Shown here: positions 49,079 through 58,544 of the stretch, in pieces | Numbering within the stretch: the stretch's first letter is position 1 | How the letters are laid out: the number at the start of each line of letters is the position of its first letter | NCBI GenBank assembly: GCA_040755855.1 | Contig: JBFMAD010000006.1 | Coordinates: forward strand, 128,001 to 192,000 | Origin: Planctomycetota bacterium | GTDB lineage: Bacteria; Planctomycetota; Brocadiia; JAADGH01 | DNA length: 64,000 nucleotides | Reading direction: 5' to 3' | Position numbers and translations under genes: made by a program | The notes under the pieces: model-generated | The model's database searches: none | What the model was told of the DNA's origin: nothing | The model's input: only the letters and a program-made list of their open reading frames with translations

Positions 49079-52000
49079 TTGGCAACGAAAAATATTTTGA
49101 AGGTTCTTGCTGTCGCCATCGCCCTCGCCGGCGCATGCCGCGCGGATGTCTCGCTCGACCTCAAGACCGCGCGCATCGTACTGGATGACACCGGACATGC
49201 GATCTCCCTCCAATCAGCGAACAAGGAGGAATTCGTCGCCTCCGTTCGCCCTCATGCCTTTGAGGTCGTAACCGCGTCCGGCATCCATCGCCCGAAGGCG
49301 GTGAAACGGAACGGCAACTCCCTAACCGTGGAATTCGATAACGGCGGCGCCGCGACCTTTGAGATTGCCGAGCACCCCGGCTTCGTTCTGTTCGATCTCA
49401 AGAATCTGGAAGGCTTCGACAAGATCACGCGCCTCCGATCCCTTTCCATCAAGCTCAAGGAACCCTTCGACCGCGCCGCCGTCCTGAACGCCTGCTACTG
49501 CGGGGACTTTGCCGTCGCCGCCATGGGCGCGGAGATCAACCTGCACTGCCACTCCGGTTCCTACGGGGCTATCGCCTCGGACCGGCCCGGCTGCACGCAC
49601 GCCTTCAAGCAGGAGACCGCCAACGTGAAGGCCGGCGCATTCGCCGCGCGCTTCACCGCCGCCAGCACCCTCGCCGACGAGAGCGGCTACAGCCTCCAGG
49701 GAACAAAGCTGGAACCGGAGATGAACCTGACCGGGATCAAGGCCATTCGCGCATGGGTGCACGGCGACGGGAAGGGACAGTTCCTGAAGATCCAGCTCAC
49801 GGGGCAGGGCGGCTACCGCGACGACTACGTCAAGATTGACTTCACCGGCTGGCGCCAGGTCACGCTCGACAAGCCGGCCGGGAATACCATTGATCCAGCC
49901 CATGTCCATAACCTCAACATCTACTACAACGCCCTTCCCGCAAAGCAAACCGTCGAGTGCCTGATTGACCGCGTGGAGGCGGTGCTCGATGACAAGGGCG
50001 CGGAGAAGGTCGTGGTTCTCGAAGATTTTGAGGACCCGAGTTCCGTGCTGTGGCAGGCCACCAACACGAGCGTCTGCGTGGACAGCTATTCCGAGCACGG
50101 CATCGAGCCGGTTCGCTTCGGTGTTATCGCTTGCCCGCGGTCGGAGCTGGTGGAAACGATCCAGCGCTTCGAACAGGTCGCGGGGCTGCCCTCCCCCAGG
50201 CCCGGCGGCGCGTGGAGCAAGACGTCGCCATGGACGAAGCGGTCGTACTTCTTCCTCACGCGATTCAGTGAAGATCAGTTCGACGACGCCCTCGCCATCG
50301 CCCGGCGCGGCGGCTTCGACATGATCCTCATCGGCCAGGAATCCTGGTGCAAGTCCACCGGCCATTACATCATAAATGAAAAGAACTTTCCCGGCGGCCT
50401 TCCGGCCCTGCAGCGCACGATCCGGCGCTTCAAGGACGCAGGCTTCAAGGTGGGCCTCCACTTCCTCGGCCCGTCCATCTACCCGCCCGACCCATATCTC
50501 ACCCCCAAGACCGATCCGCGCCTGGTCCGGGACGCCTTCGCTGCGCTCGCCGCCGACATTGATGAGAAGGCGCAGACTATCCCGACGACCGAGCCGCCCA
50601 GGGACTTCCCCGAGGAGGACGGAGGCTACTATGGCACAGGCTCCGTGATCCAGATCGGCGACGAGTTGATCTGGTATGCAACCCGCACCATTGACGCGCC
50701 CTGCCAGTTCATCGAGTGCCGCCGTGGGATGTACGGCACGAAGGCCGCGCCGCATAAGAAGGGCGACGGCATTTCGCACCTGCGGAAGTCCTACGGATAC
50801 TTCCTTTTTGATATAGACTCCTCCCTCCTCGATGAGGTAGCGACGAACTTCGCCGCGGTCGCCAATGCCTGCGAGATTGATATGATCTACTTCGACGGCT
50901 CCGAGCGCCTGCAGGGCGGGCACGGCAAGCATTGGTACTACAATGCTAAATTCCAGAAAGCGTTTTGCGACAAGCTGGAGAACAGGGGTACCTTCATCCA
51001 GGGCAGCAGTTGGAGCCACTACTCCTGGCATCTCCATGCCCGCTCGGCCTCCGCCGACGGGCACGGCGACCTGAAGGGCTACCTCGACGAGCGCTCCAAC
51101 GGGTTCGTCTGGCGGGAGCTCAACCTCATGCCGATGGATGTCGGCTGGTACTACGGTTACGACCCGACGGCCACGCTCGATCAGTACGAGTACATCCTCG
51201 GCGCCACGATCGCCTACGACCAGTCCATGTCTTTCCAGGTCTCACCCGAGGCGTCCGCGGCCAACCCCATCGGCGTAGAGACACTCGACCTCATCGCCCG
51301 CTACGAGAAGCTCCGCCTCTCCGGACGCGTGTCTTCGGAGATGAAGGAGCGCATGAAAATAGACCCGGCCCTCTCCGGCGTCAAGCCCCCCGAAGAGCGG
51401 GCAAAGCTCCTGGACAAGCGCCGCGAGTATCGTCTCGTGGGAAAGGAAGGCGCGGAGGCGTTCCAGCGCGTATTCTACGGTCCGGCCCAAGCCATCCGGT
51501 CGGACGACCCGAAGGCGCGCGAATGGACCTTCACCGTCAAGCAAGCCGACACGCGCATCGGCGTTCACATCGCCGTGAATCCGTCGGAATGGCTCCTGGC
51601 CGGACAGTCCTACGACTCACCCGATGCGATTGTGCTGGAAACATTCGACGATGTGTCCTCTTTCAGCGGCAACACGCTGCACGGCGTGACGCACACGTTC
51701 GAGTCCACGGCGGAGGACGCGCGGGTCGGGCCGCGCTGTGTCGTCTACGCCGCCGCAAGCTCGCTGCACTCCGACCAGGGATGGGCGGCAATGGGCAAGT
51801 CGTTCGACCCGCCGCTCGACATCGCCAAGTGCAAGGCCATCGGCTTCTGGCTGCGCGGCGACGGGCAAGGCAATTTCGTCAAACTCCAGCTCACCGACGG
51901 CTCGCGGTATTGGGACAATTACATCACGAACAATTACACGGGCTGGCGTTATCAGCAGATCGTCCGTCCGAAGGTGGATCCCATTGACTTCGCAAGCGTG

Positions 52001-52360
52001 AAACGCCTGACACTCTACTTCAACGCGCTGCCGAAGCAGAGTACCGTCTGCTGCGCCATTGACGACATCAAGGCCCTGCCCGCCGTGGATGAGCAGGCCG
52101 TCCTGAACCCGCGAGTCGCGCTTGAAGGAAAGACCATCGGTTGGAAGAGACCGATGAAGTCGGGGCAGTGGCTCCTTGCCTGGCCGGGCGAGGCCGTGCT
52201 CCACTCACGCGATGCAGCGGAGCAGGATGGTATTGCCCCCGACATCGTCCTGCCGCCGGGCGAGCACAAGGCGCGGGTCGAGTGGGACGGGCCCCTTGCC
52301 GTCCCGCTCATCGTGCGCGTCACTCAGCAGCCGCCCGAGCGACATCCAATCGGCAAGTAG
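49079..52360 (+). CDS. Large secreted putative carbohydrate-active protein with two CBM-like repeats
   Basis: Signal peptide; duplicated WxxGDG.G...TGWR modules; central GFKVGLH and IYFDGSE region. Confidence 0.6.
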   Translation: MATKNILKVLAVAIALAGACRADVSLDLKTARIVLDDTGHAISLQSANKEEFVASVRPHAFEVVTASGIHRPKAVKRNGNSLTVEFDNGGAATFEIAEHPGFVLFDLKNLEGFDKITRLRSLSIKLKEPFDRAAVLNACYCGDFAVAAMGAEINLHCHSGSYGAIASDRPGCTHAFKQETANVKAGAFAARFTAASTLADESGYSLQGTKLEPEMNLTGIKAIRAWVHGDGKGQFLKIQLTGQGGYRDDYVKIDFTGWRQVTLDKPAGNTIDPAHVHNLNIYYNALPAKQTVECLIDRVEAVLDDKGAEKVVVLEDFEDPSSVLWQATNTSVCVDSYSEHGIEPVRFGVIACPRSELVETIQRFEQVAGLPSPRPGGAWSKTSPWTKRSYFFLTRFSEDQFDDALAIARRGGFDMILIGQESWCKSTGHYIINEKNFPGGLPALQRTIRRFKDAGFKVGLHFLGPSIYPPDPYLTPKTDPRLVRDAFAALAADIDEKAQTIPTTEPPRDFPEEDGGYYGTGSVIQIGDELIWYATRTIDAPCQFIECRRGMYGTKAAPHKKGDGISHLRKSYGYFLFDIDSSLLDEVATNFAAVANACEIDMIYFDGSERLQGGHGKHWYYNAKFQKAFCDKLENRGTFIQGSSWSHYSWHLHARSASADGHGDLKGYLDERSNGFVWRELNLMPMDVGWYYGYDPTATLDQYEYILGATIAYDQSMSFQVSPEASAANPIGVETLDLIARYEKLRLSGRVSSEMKERMKIDPALSGVKPPEERAKLLDKRREYRLVGKEGAEAFQRVFYGPAQAIRSDDPKAREWTFTVKQADTRIGVHIAVNPSEWLLAGQSYDSPDAIVLETFDDVSSFSGNTLHGVTHTFESTAEDARVGPRCVVYAAASSLHSDQGWAAMGKSFDPPLDIAKCKAIGFWLRGDGQGNFVKLQLTDGSRYWDNYITNNYTGWRYQQIVRPKVDPIDFASVKRLTLYFNALPKQSTVCCAIDDIKALPAVDEQAVLNPRVALEGKTIGWKRPMKSGQWLLAWPGEAVLHSRDAAEQDGIAPDIVLPPGEHKARVEWDGPLAVPLIVRVTQQPPERHPIGK

Positions 52361-55300
52361 GCGACGAGAGCCGACTGACCAGCAGGACCACGTTGCCGTC
52401 GAGGGCCTGACTGCCCATGAGGTCCCGGGCGCTCGCTCGGAATGTTCGCCATGCTTCACCGCCGATCCGCTTGGCGGCCAGGGCCCGGAGCGCGATCAGG
52501 TCATTGCCCTGGAGGGGGACCTTGTCGATCTCGGTGGTGAAGGTTTCCACATCGCCCTTGCCCATGAGGGCCTGGGCCAGGACGCGATACGTCGGGTGGA
52601 CGGAGGCATCCGTCACCTTCTGCGCCAACGCGCTGTCCTTTGTCACCAGGGCGGCATAGAGGATGGCCGCGAAGCTGAACGGGTTCTGCAGGTTCGAACG
52701 CACCTGCTCCGGTATGGCATTGACATTCCTGCCGCAAGCCTCGCGCACCTCGGCGGCCAGTCGCTGCACGGCGGCATCCTTCGGCAGCGCCCCCGCCGCC
52801 TCCGCAATCGCCCATGCCGTGCGGAAGACGCAGATCGGATTTGTTTTCACGATTTCGGGAATCTGCGGGGCAGCGAACGCCTCCTCCAGATGGGCCAGGG
52901 CCTCGGCGTTCAACTTCCCGACCGCCGCGTCCGCCAGGAGGGGCCATGCGTATTCGTTCAAATCATTCGATACCTTTCGGAGCGCGAGGGACTGGGACTG
53001 TTTTGCCAGACCTTCCTTGCGCGAAGCGAAGCGCTTCGCCGTGACCCCGCGAAGGGACTTGACGGCGTCGGTCTCCTCCACAGGCATCGGCGCACTCGGA
53101 TCGCGCAGCGCCTTCAGGAACGACGCCATCTTCGTCTGAGCCGCGGCATCGCCGAAGACCACCACATCACTCGCGCCGATCAGGACGGCGTTGGGGTCAA
53201 CCGACTGAATCACAGCGAGGAAGTTCTTGAGCATCTCCTCATATTTCTTCATGACCTCCTTGCGATCCTTCGGCAGTTCGTCCTGCATCGGGTTCGCGAT
53301 GTCGCCAACTCGATAGGCCCACGCCGCTTCACCGGGCAGGAGTCGGGCCGAGCCGACGATCACCTTCCCGTCCTTGACGGTCCATGTCATGTGGCATGTC
53401 TCGACGATCCACTGGATTGCCTGCGCCGTCGTTGCGCCGCGGAGGTCCATGTAGACCACGCGGGGCGGGATCAGGAGCAAGTCGGTAGCGTCTTCGATGC
53501 TGCCGTGGACGATGCTGATCTCGATGCCCGCGGCTTTCGACACCTCGGCCAATGCGTCGGCCACATCGCGCCTTTGGATAACGAGATCGAGCGTCTTGGC
53601 GAGGGCGGGATTCTCCTTCGCCCGCTCCTCGGTCAGTTTGTCGAGGCAGTCTGTCAATTCACCCATGATCTTCGTGCCCGTCCCGTCATCCGACCAGGGG
53701 TTCACGGCCAAGAAGGCGCGTTCGAGGAGGTAGGCGTACTGGAGCCTGCGGACAGCCTCGTCGAGATTGCCGTTCTTCTTCAGCCCTTCCGCATCTGCCA
53801 AGATCTTCTTCGCTGCTTCATGCTGCTTGGTGGCGGCCTCCTGTAGGAACGGGGCTTGTGCGTCAAACCGGAAAGCAGCTCTCTCATCCACCTCTGCCAG
53901 GGCCAGCGCCTCTGCCGTGGCGGCGGGCGCAGCTTTGCCAAAGGCCATGAGGCCGCGCGATTTCTTCAGTGATACCCCCGGCATGGGGGCAGCCGGCCTG
54001 GCCATCCCACCGGCGTCAACAAAACCGGTGACGAGATCAACACGTTTTCCCGGCGGCGGCTCAGGCTGTGTCATTGGCGCAGCCAACTTCGCCTTGGTTC
54101 TGGAGCCGGACCCGACGCGCCCCAGCAGGCCGCCCATTCCTTCCGCCTTTGCTTCTTCCCTGTCTTCCCCAAAAATTGGCCCAAAGACGCCTTCGTAACT
54201 TACGCCCTGCGGCATGGGCACGGGGACCATGACGCTGCGCGGACGCTGCACACGCTCTCTAATCTTGCCCTTTTCGCTCTCGTCCACAGCAACGAAGCTG
54301 GTGTACTGGCTCATAAGCCGATACTGCAGGGCGATCTCCGTGATCTCCTCCACCACCGCCGGATCGTCGCCGTAGTAGGCCATGGCCGAGAGGTCCTCGA
54401 TCTTCTGCCGGGCCCAGACCTTCGTCAGCACCTCGTGATCGGGATTTTGGGCCGGGAACTCGACGGGGAGGGTGTAGCGCAGCGGCTTGCCCTCCGCCGC
54501 GCCGCTGATTGTGATGTCGGCCTTTCCCGCGTCCTCATACCGACCGTAGAGAATCACCGGCCGCCCTGCCCACAGCTCTGGGATGCGGACGGGGTAGGTT
54601 TCATAGACCGGCAGGCGGGCCCAGTCAATCCGGACGTTGGCAAGCTGTGCGCGGTGGATGCGCTCGACGATCTCGCGCACCAACTTCGTCGCGTCCTCGT
54701 TCAGGGCCAGGACCCCCGACATGCCGCCGCCCTGCTTCGCCACGCCGTCGAGGAGGAAGCGGTTCGGCGACGAGCCGATGCCAACAGTCCAGAAGCGGAT
54801 TGAGTCGCCGCAGCGCCTGCCGACCTCGGCGATGATCTCGGCCTCGTTGCCGATGTAGCCGTCGCTGAGCATGACGACGATGCGGACGCGCTGGGGATCA
54901 ACCGGCTCGTTCAGGACCATCTTGATCCCCTTCAGCATCTCCGTCCCGCCGCGGCCATCAATCGCGTTGGTGAAATTCAGGGCCTTCTGAATGTTATCCT
55001 GTGTCGTCGGGACCGGCTGGTCGAAGAGCTTCTGGGCATGGCCGGCGAAGGTGATGACCTGCATCCGGTCGTCTGGTTTCGCAAGCTCGAAGAAGTTCCG
55101 CATCGCCTCCTTGACCTTCTCCGTCGGCTGCCCGTGCATGGAGCCGGAAACGTCAATAAGGAAGCAAACCTCGCGCGGCGGGGCCTTGGCGAGCTCTTCG
55201 TCAATGCGCGGCTGGATCATGAGCATGAAATATCCGTCGCCCTTCGTGCGGTGGGTGAGGATCGCCATCTCCGGCTTCTCGCCGACGACGGCGTATTTCA

Positions 55301-56144
55301 GGACAAAATCCTTGTTCGGGATCGAGTCCTTCGGTGATAGATCAACGGCGGCCTTCGTGTCGCCATCCCGGGCGATCTTCGTCTCGTGCGATTCGACCTT
55401 TAGGTCCCGAACCGGGACCCCGGCATCGAGGATCAACGACAGGCTGATGTCGTGCCCCGTGCGGAATCCCGGTTTCAGGACCGGAGGAGTGATGCGTGAG
55501 GCATCGGGAACGCGGTCGGTATCCGGCGCCCATCCGCCGGCTTGCTTGCCGGTGGGACTGCCGGGGATATAGCGGGGTCCGACGACCATGGGGAAATGGA
55601 ACTCATAGACACCCATGTCGTACTTCAACACGTCCACATAGGAGATCTCGATGCGGACCTCCTGCTTCGGTTTGATGTTGCCCACGGATTGGGTGAAAAT
55701 GTTCGGTCGCTCCTGTTCGAGCAGGCTGGCCGTCATGCCCTGGCGGAGGGCCTGCTCGTAGATGTAACGGGCTTCCTCGCGGCGCTTGATGACGCCGACG
55801 ATCCGGCGGTCGCCGATGACCATCGTCATGTCGTCCACCGCCGACTGGTGCGGCAGGGGGAAGACATATACCGCCTCGATCTTGTCGTCGAAGGGATTGT
55901 AAAAGACCTGCGTCACCTTGACGCGGGCGATGAAGCCGGAGATGTCGGCCTTTACGTCGGTGTGTTTCAATGGGCACTCGACGATCTTGCCGTCGCCGCG
56001 ATCTACGCGGAGGGCGCCCTGGGTGACGTCTTCGTCCATGGCCTGGGCATTTTTCTGCGGTTCGGCCTGCTGGGCGATGGCATAGGGCGCGACAAAGAGA
56101 AGGACAAGGATCAATGACGCCGCGATAGCTCTGGATCGTTCCAT
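52320..56144 (-). CDS. Secreted VIT + vWA domain protein with C-terminal extension
   Basis: EAVYVFPLP (VIT), DVSGSM MIDAS, GGTEM, LSDG, SQYTSFVAVD. Confidence 0.88.
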   Translation of the reverse strand: MERSRAIAASLILVLLFVAPYAIAQQAEPQKNAQAMDEDVTQGALRVDRGDGKIVECPLKHTDVKADISGFIARVKVTQVFYNPFDDKIEAVYVFPLPHQSAVDDMTMVIGDRRIVGVIKRREEARYIYEQALRQGMTASLLEQERPNIFTQSVGNIKPKQEVRIEISYVDVLKYDMGVYEFHFPMVVGPRYIPGSPTGKQAGGWAPDTDRVPDASRITPPVLKPGFRTGHDISLSLILDAGVPVRDLKVESHETKIARDGDTKAAVDLSPKDSIPNKDFVLKYAVVGEKPEMAILTHRTKGDGYFMLMIQPRIDEELAKAPPREVCFLIDVSGSMHGQPTEKVKEAMRNFFELAKPDDRMQVITFAGHAQKLFDQPVPTTQDNIQKALNFTNAIDGRGGTEMLKGIKMVLNEPVDPQRVRIVVMLSDGYIGNEAEIIAEVGRRCGDSIRFWTVGIGSSPNRFLLDGVAKQGGGMSGVLALNEDATKLVREIVERIHRAQLANVRIDWARLPVYETYPVRIPELWAGRPVILYGRYEDAGKADITISGAAEGKPLRYTLPVEFPAQNPDHEVLTKVWARQKIEDLSAMAYYGDDPAVVEEITEIALQYRLMSQYTSFVAVDESEKGKIRERVQRPRSVMVPVPMPQGVSYEGVFGPIFGEDREEAKAEGMGGLLGRVGSGSRTKAKLAAPMTQPEPPPGKRVDLVTGFVDAGGMARPAAPMPGVSLKKSRGLMAFGKAAPAATAEALALAEVDERAAFRFDAQAPFLQEAATKQHEAAKKILADAEGLKKNGNLDEAVRRLQYAYLLERAFLAVNPWSDDGTGTKIMGELTDCLDKLTEERAKENPALAKTLDLVIQRRDVADALAEVSKAAGIEISIVHGSIEDATDLLLIPPRVVYMDLRGATTAQAIQWIVETCHMTWTVKDGKVIVGSARLLPGEAAWAYRVGDIANPMQDELPKDRKEVMKKYEEMLKNFLAVIQSVDPNAVLIGASDVVVFGDAAAQTKMASFLKALRDPSAPMPVEETDAVKSLRGVTAKRFASRKEGLAKQSQSLALRKVSNDLNEYAWPLLADAAVGKLNAEALAHLEEAFAAPQIPEIVKTNPICVFRTAWAIAEAAGALPKDAAVQRLAAEVREACGRNVNAIPEQVRSNLQNPFSFAAILYAALVTKDSALAQKVTDASVHPTYRVLAQALMGKGDVETFTTEIDKVPLQGNDLIALRALAAKRIGGEAWRTFRASARDLMGSQALDGNVVLLVSRLSSPTCRLDVARAAAE

Positions 56145-56201
56145 TTCTCTCCCTCCAGAAATTCCGGGAACACGCTCTGTTGTCTTCAGTTTACTACTTT
56201 C

Positions 56202-56229
56202 TTAGACATCCTTCGGAGAAAAAAGTTCC
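56202..56229 (-). promoter_or_regulatory. ECF (sigmaE-type) promoter of VIT-vWA gene
   Basis: GAACTT-N16-TCTAA. Confidence 0.6.
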
Positions 56230-56269
56230 CGCAACGAGAGACTTTTTTGAGTTATTGGTGGGAGGGGTT

Positions 56270-56306
56270 AAAAAAACTGACCGCCACGGCTCGCCGTGGC
56301 GGTCAG
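56270..56306 (-). terminator. Intrinsic terminator
   Basis: 13-bp stem CTGACCGCCACGG/CCGTGGCGGTCAG followed by T7. Confidence 0.85.
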
Positions 56307-56391
56307 CGCTTACCCCGCCGGAGGACCCAGGAACGCTTCACCCATAATTTAATAACACCGAGCGGGGCTCACTAATTGTGCTGCCCTCTGA
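56270..56391 (-). ncRNA. Candidate sigma54-dependent sRNA
   Basis: Bounded by a -24/-12 promoter and a terminator; internal stem; no substantial ORF. Confidence 0.5.
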
Positions 56392-56402
56392 TGGTATTCT
56401 CC

Positions 56403-56418
56403 GCAAGGTGTATGCCAA
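56403..56418 (-). promoter_or_regulatory. Sigma54 -24/-12 promoter
   Basis: TTGGCATACACCTTGC (GG-N10-GC). Confidence 0.65.
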
Positions 56419-56522
56419 AAAACCGATTAAATCTCTTTCATTTATATTGCATTGCTGCAACAGGACTTACGACACACTTGTTTTTTCTTCGCCTCCCAGT
56501 GCATCCTGCAACGCTAAAAAAG

Positions 56523-56551
56523 TTGACACCCCTGATACAATTCTTTACAAT
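56523..56551 (+). promoter_or_regulatory. Sigma70 promoter of glycosyltransferase
   Basis: TTGACA-N17-TACAAT. Confidence 0.7.
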
Positions 56552-56635
56552 TCTCGCAGAAAAACGGTTGCGTTGCGTCGTCCAAGCCGATATAACCGCA
56601 CGATAAAGTCCTGATGTGAGAAGCGCTATTCCACA

Positions 56636-57823
56636 ATGAGAATCCTCATCCCCACACATTTCCCACTCGAAGGCTCCGGTAGCGGCATCTATGTCGCCAA
56701 CCTCGCGGCCGAACTCCTCGCCGCCGGGCACTTCCCCCATGTCATCGCGCCCGACCACGCCCCTATCCGCGGCCGCGGCTTCCCCTGCACGACCATCCTC
56801 TGCGCCGGCGGCGGCGCACCATTGCCCGACCTCCCCTTCAACTTCCCCTGCTTCACCACCCACCCCCGCAGCGCGAATACCTTCTATGACCTGACGGACG
56901 AGCAGGTGGATGTCTACGTCCAGACCCTCCGCAATGCGATCAATCGGGCCGTCCGCGACTTCCAGCCCGATCTCATCCACGCACAGCACCTCTGGGTCGC
57001 GGCCGTGTGCGCGGCGGAGACCGCCCTGCCCTTCGTCGTCACATCCCACGGCACGGACCTCATCGGCCTCCGCAAGGACCCCCGCTTCCGCCCCATGGTC
57101 CAGAAGGCCGTCGGGCGCGTGGGCCGCATCATCGCCGTATCGTCCCAGGTGGCGCGGGACATCAAGGCCCTGCTCCCCGTCCCCGACCGAAAGATTGTGG
57201 TCATCGGCAACGGCTTCGATCCGGCAATCTTCCATCCGAATGGACTTGACCGGGAATCGGTCCTGCGTCGCGTAGGCATCGAGGAACCGCGTCGGCACAT
57301 CGTAACGTTCGTCGGCAAGCTGACTCACTTCAAGGGCGCAGACGTGCTCATCCATGCGGCGGCGCACTATGAGCCGCGCGTGGACTCGGTCCTGACGCTG
57401 ATCGTCGGCGATGGCGAGCTGCGCAGCGAGTTGGGGGACCTGGTTCGCCGCCACACGGCGCAGGGGATTCGGTTCCTGGGCCATCGGCCGCAGTCGGACG
57501 TGGCGGACCTCATGCGCATCGCCAACGTGCATGCCATGCCCTCGCGGGGGGAGCCCTTCGGCATCGCTGCGCTGGAGGCCCTGGCCTGCGGCACGCCGGT
57601 GGTGGGGACGCGGGCGGGCGGCCTGCCCGACTTCATCACGCCGGAGGTCGGGTCGCTGGCGGAGGTGGACAATCCCATCGCCCTGGCCAACCTGATCGTG
57701 CGGGAGCTGAAGAGCGGCAGCAAGCGGACCAAGGGCCCCGCCGCCGCGCGCTATGCCCTGGACGGCTTCACCTGGGAGAGGCAGGTGGCCAAGATCGCGG
57801 TGGTGTATGAGCAGGTGGTATAG
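56636..57823 (+). CDS. GT4 family glycosyltransferase
   Basis: TSHGTD, NGFD, KGADVL, EPFGIAALEALACG. Confidence 0.92.
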   Translation: MRILIPTHFPLEGSGSGIYVANLAAELLAAGHFPHVIAPDHAPIRGRGFPCTTILCAGGGAPLPDLPFNFPCFTTHPRSANTFYDLTDEQVDVYVQTLRNAINRAVRDFQPDLIHAQHLWVAAVCAAETALPFVVTSHGTDLIGLRKDPRFRPMVQKAVGRVGRIIAVSSQVARDIKALLPVPDRKIVVIGNGFDPAIFHPNGLDRESVLRRVGIEEPRRHIVTFVGKLTHFKGADVLIHAAAHYEPRVDSVLTLIVGDGELRSELGDLVRRHTAQGIRFLGHRPQSDVADLMRIANVHAMPSRGEPFGIAALEALACGTPVVGTRAGGLPDFITPEVGSLAEVDNPIALANLIVRELKSGSKRTKGPAAARYALDGFTWERQVAKIAVVYEQVV

Positions 57824-58040
57824 ACCCGACCCAGCATTTTTTCCTCCGTGAACTTCGTGGTGGACTCCCACATGCCATCACGTGCTCTGCGAAAATTTCT
57901 TGTTAGCCAAGCGTATATTGTTCCGCAAAATGACCCTTTTCCCATACGCTTGCACATGTGCGCACGGCTCGCTTTCGGTCATGAACATTGGCATAACATA
58001 TGTCACGACAGGGGGATCGGACTCTCTGTCTCCGCGATTC

Positions 58041-58088
58041 TGCGATTAGTAACCAACCGTATGGCCATACGCTTGGCTACTAATCGCA
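58041..58088. repeat. 48-bp near-perfect palindrome
   Basis: TGCGATTAGTAACCAACCGTATGG|CCATACGCTTGGCTACTAATCGCA, 2 mismatches. Confidence 0.9.
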
Positions 58089-58254
58089 AAACCACCTTTT
58101 CCGGCCCGAATTCGGCCAGAAACGGCTTTTTGGCCCAAATTCACTTAGTAGCCAACCGTATGTCTCCTCGTAAACGCGCCCCAGAAGCCGTCTGGACGCA
58201 TTTCGCCATGCGGTTAACGAGGTAAATCGCTTTAACGGCCACGAAACGGCCAAA

Positions 58255-58370
58255 TGGAGTGTTGGAGGGGTGGAAGATTGGAATGTTGGAGTATTGGGGT
58301 ATTGGGTGTCTTTTCATTCTTCGTTACTCCATCACTCCATTCCCCCATCACTCCAATACTCCACCATTTC
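58255..58370. repeat. Inverted octamer tandem arrays
   Basis: TGGAGTAT-like units followed by ATCACTCC/ATACTCCA units. Confidence 0.85.
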
Positions 58371-58429
58371 AACCAACCTCCGCTCTGCCTGATTCCATAT
58401 CTCATTATTAGATCGGGACTTACGCCCCA

Positions 58430-58544
58430 GGTGTCCACGAAGTTGACAGTTCTCATCGGCTAAAGTGGTCATATCAGTGCGGTCGGGCTTGGGGGCTTGG
58501 GTGTCCACGAAGTTGACAGGTGGGGGTGTCCACGTCGTGGACAG
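58430..58544. repeat. Three 20-bp quasi-palindromic direct repeats
   Basis: GGTGTCCACGAAGTTGACAG at 58430 and 58500; GGTGTCCACGTCGTGGACAG at 58525. Confidence 0.85.

Noticed and set aside
49322..51064. 580-aa antisense ORF (likewise 18651-20198, 32754-34379, 37396-38754, 41412-42731, 52176-53846, 56438-57871, 61924-63330)
   Set aside because: Shadow ORFs opposite well-supported genes in high-GC DNA, with no recognisable motifs
56385..56405. Fluoride riboswitch (GATGGTATTCTCC)
   Set aside because: Lacks the P1 5' strand and 3' pseudoknot partner; no fluoride-related gene nearby
57985..58010. dif site or sigma54 promoter (TTGGCATAACATATGT)
   Set aside because: No XerD arm and no -12 GC at the required spacing
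58430..58544. Mini CRISPR array
   Set aside because: Only 3 units of 20 bp, spacers of 50 and 5 nt, and no cas genes
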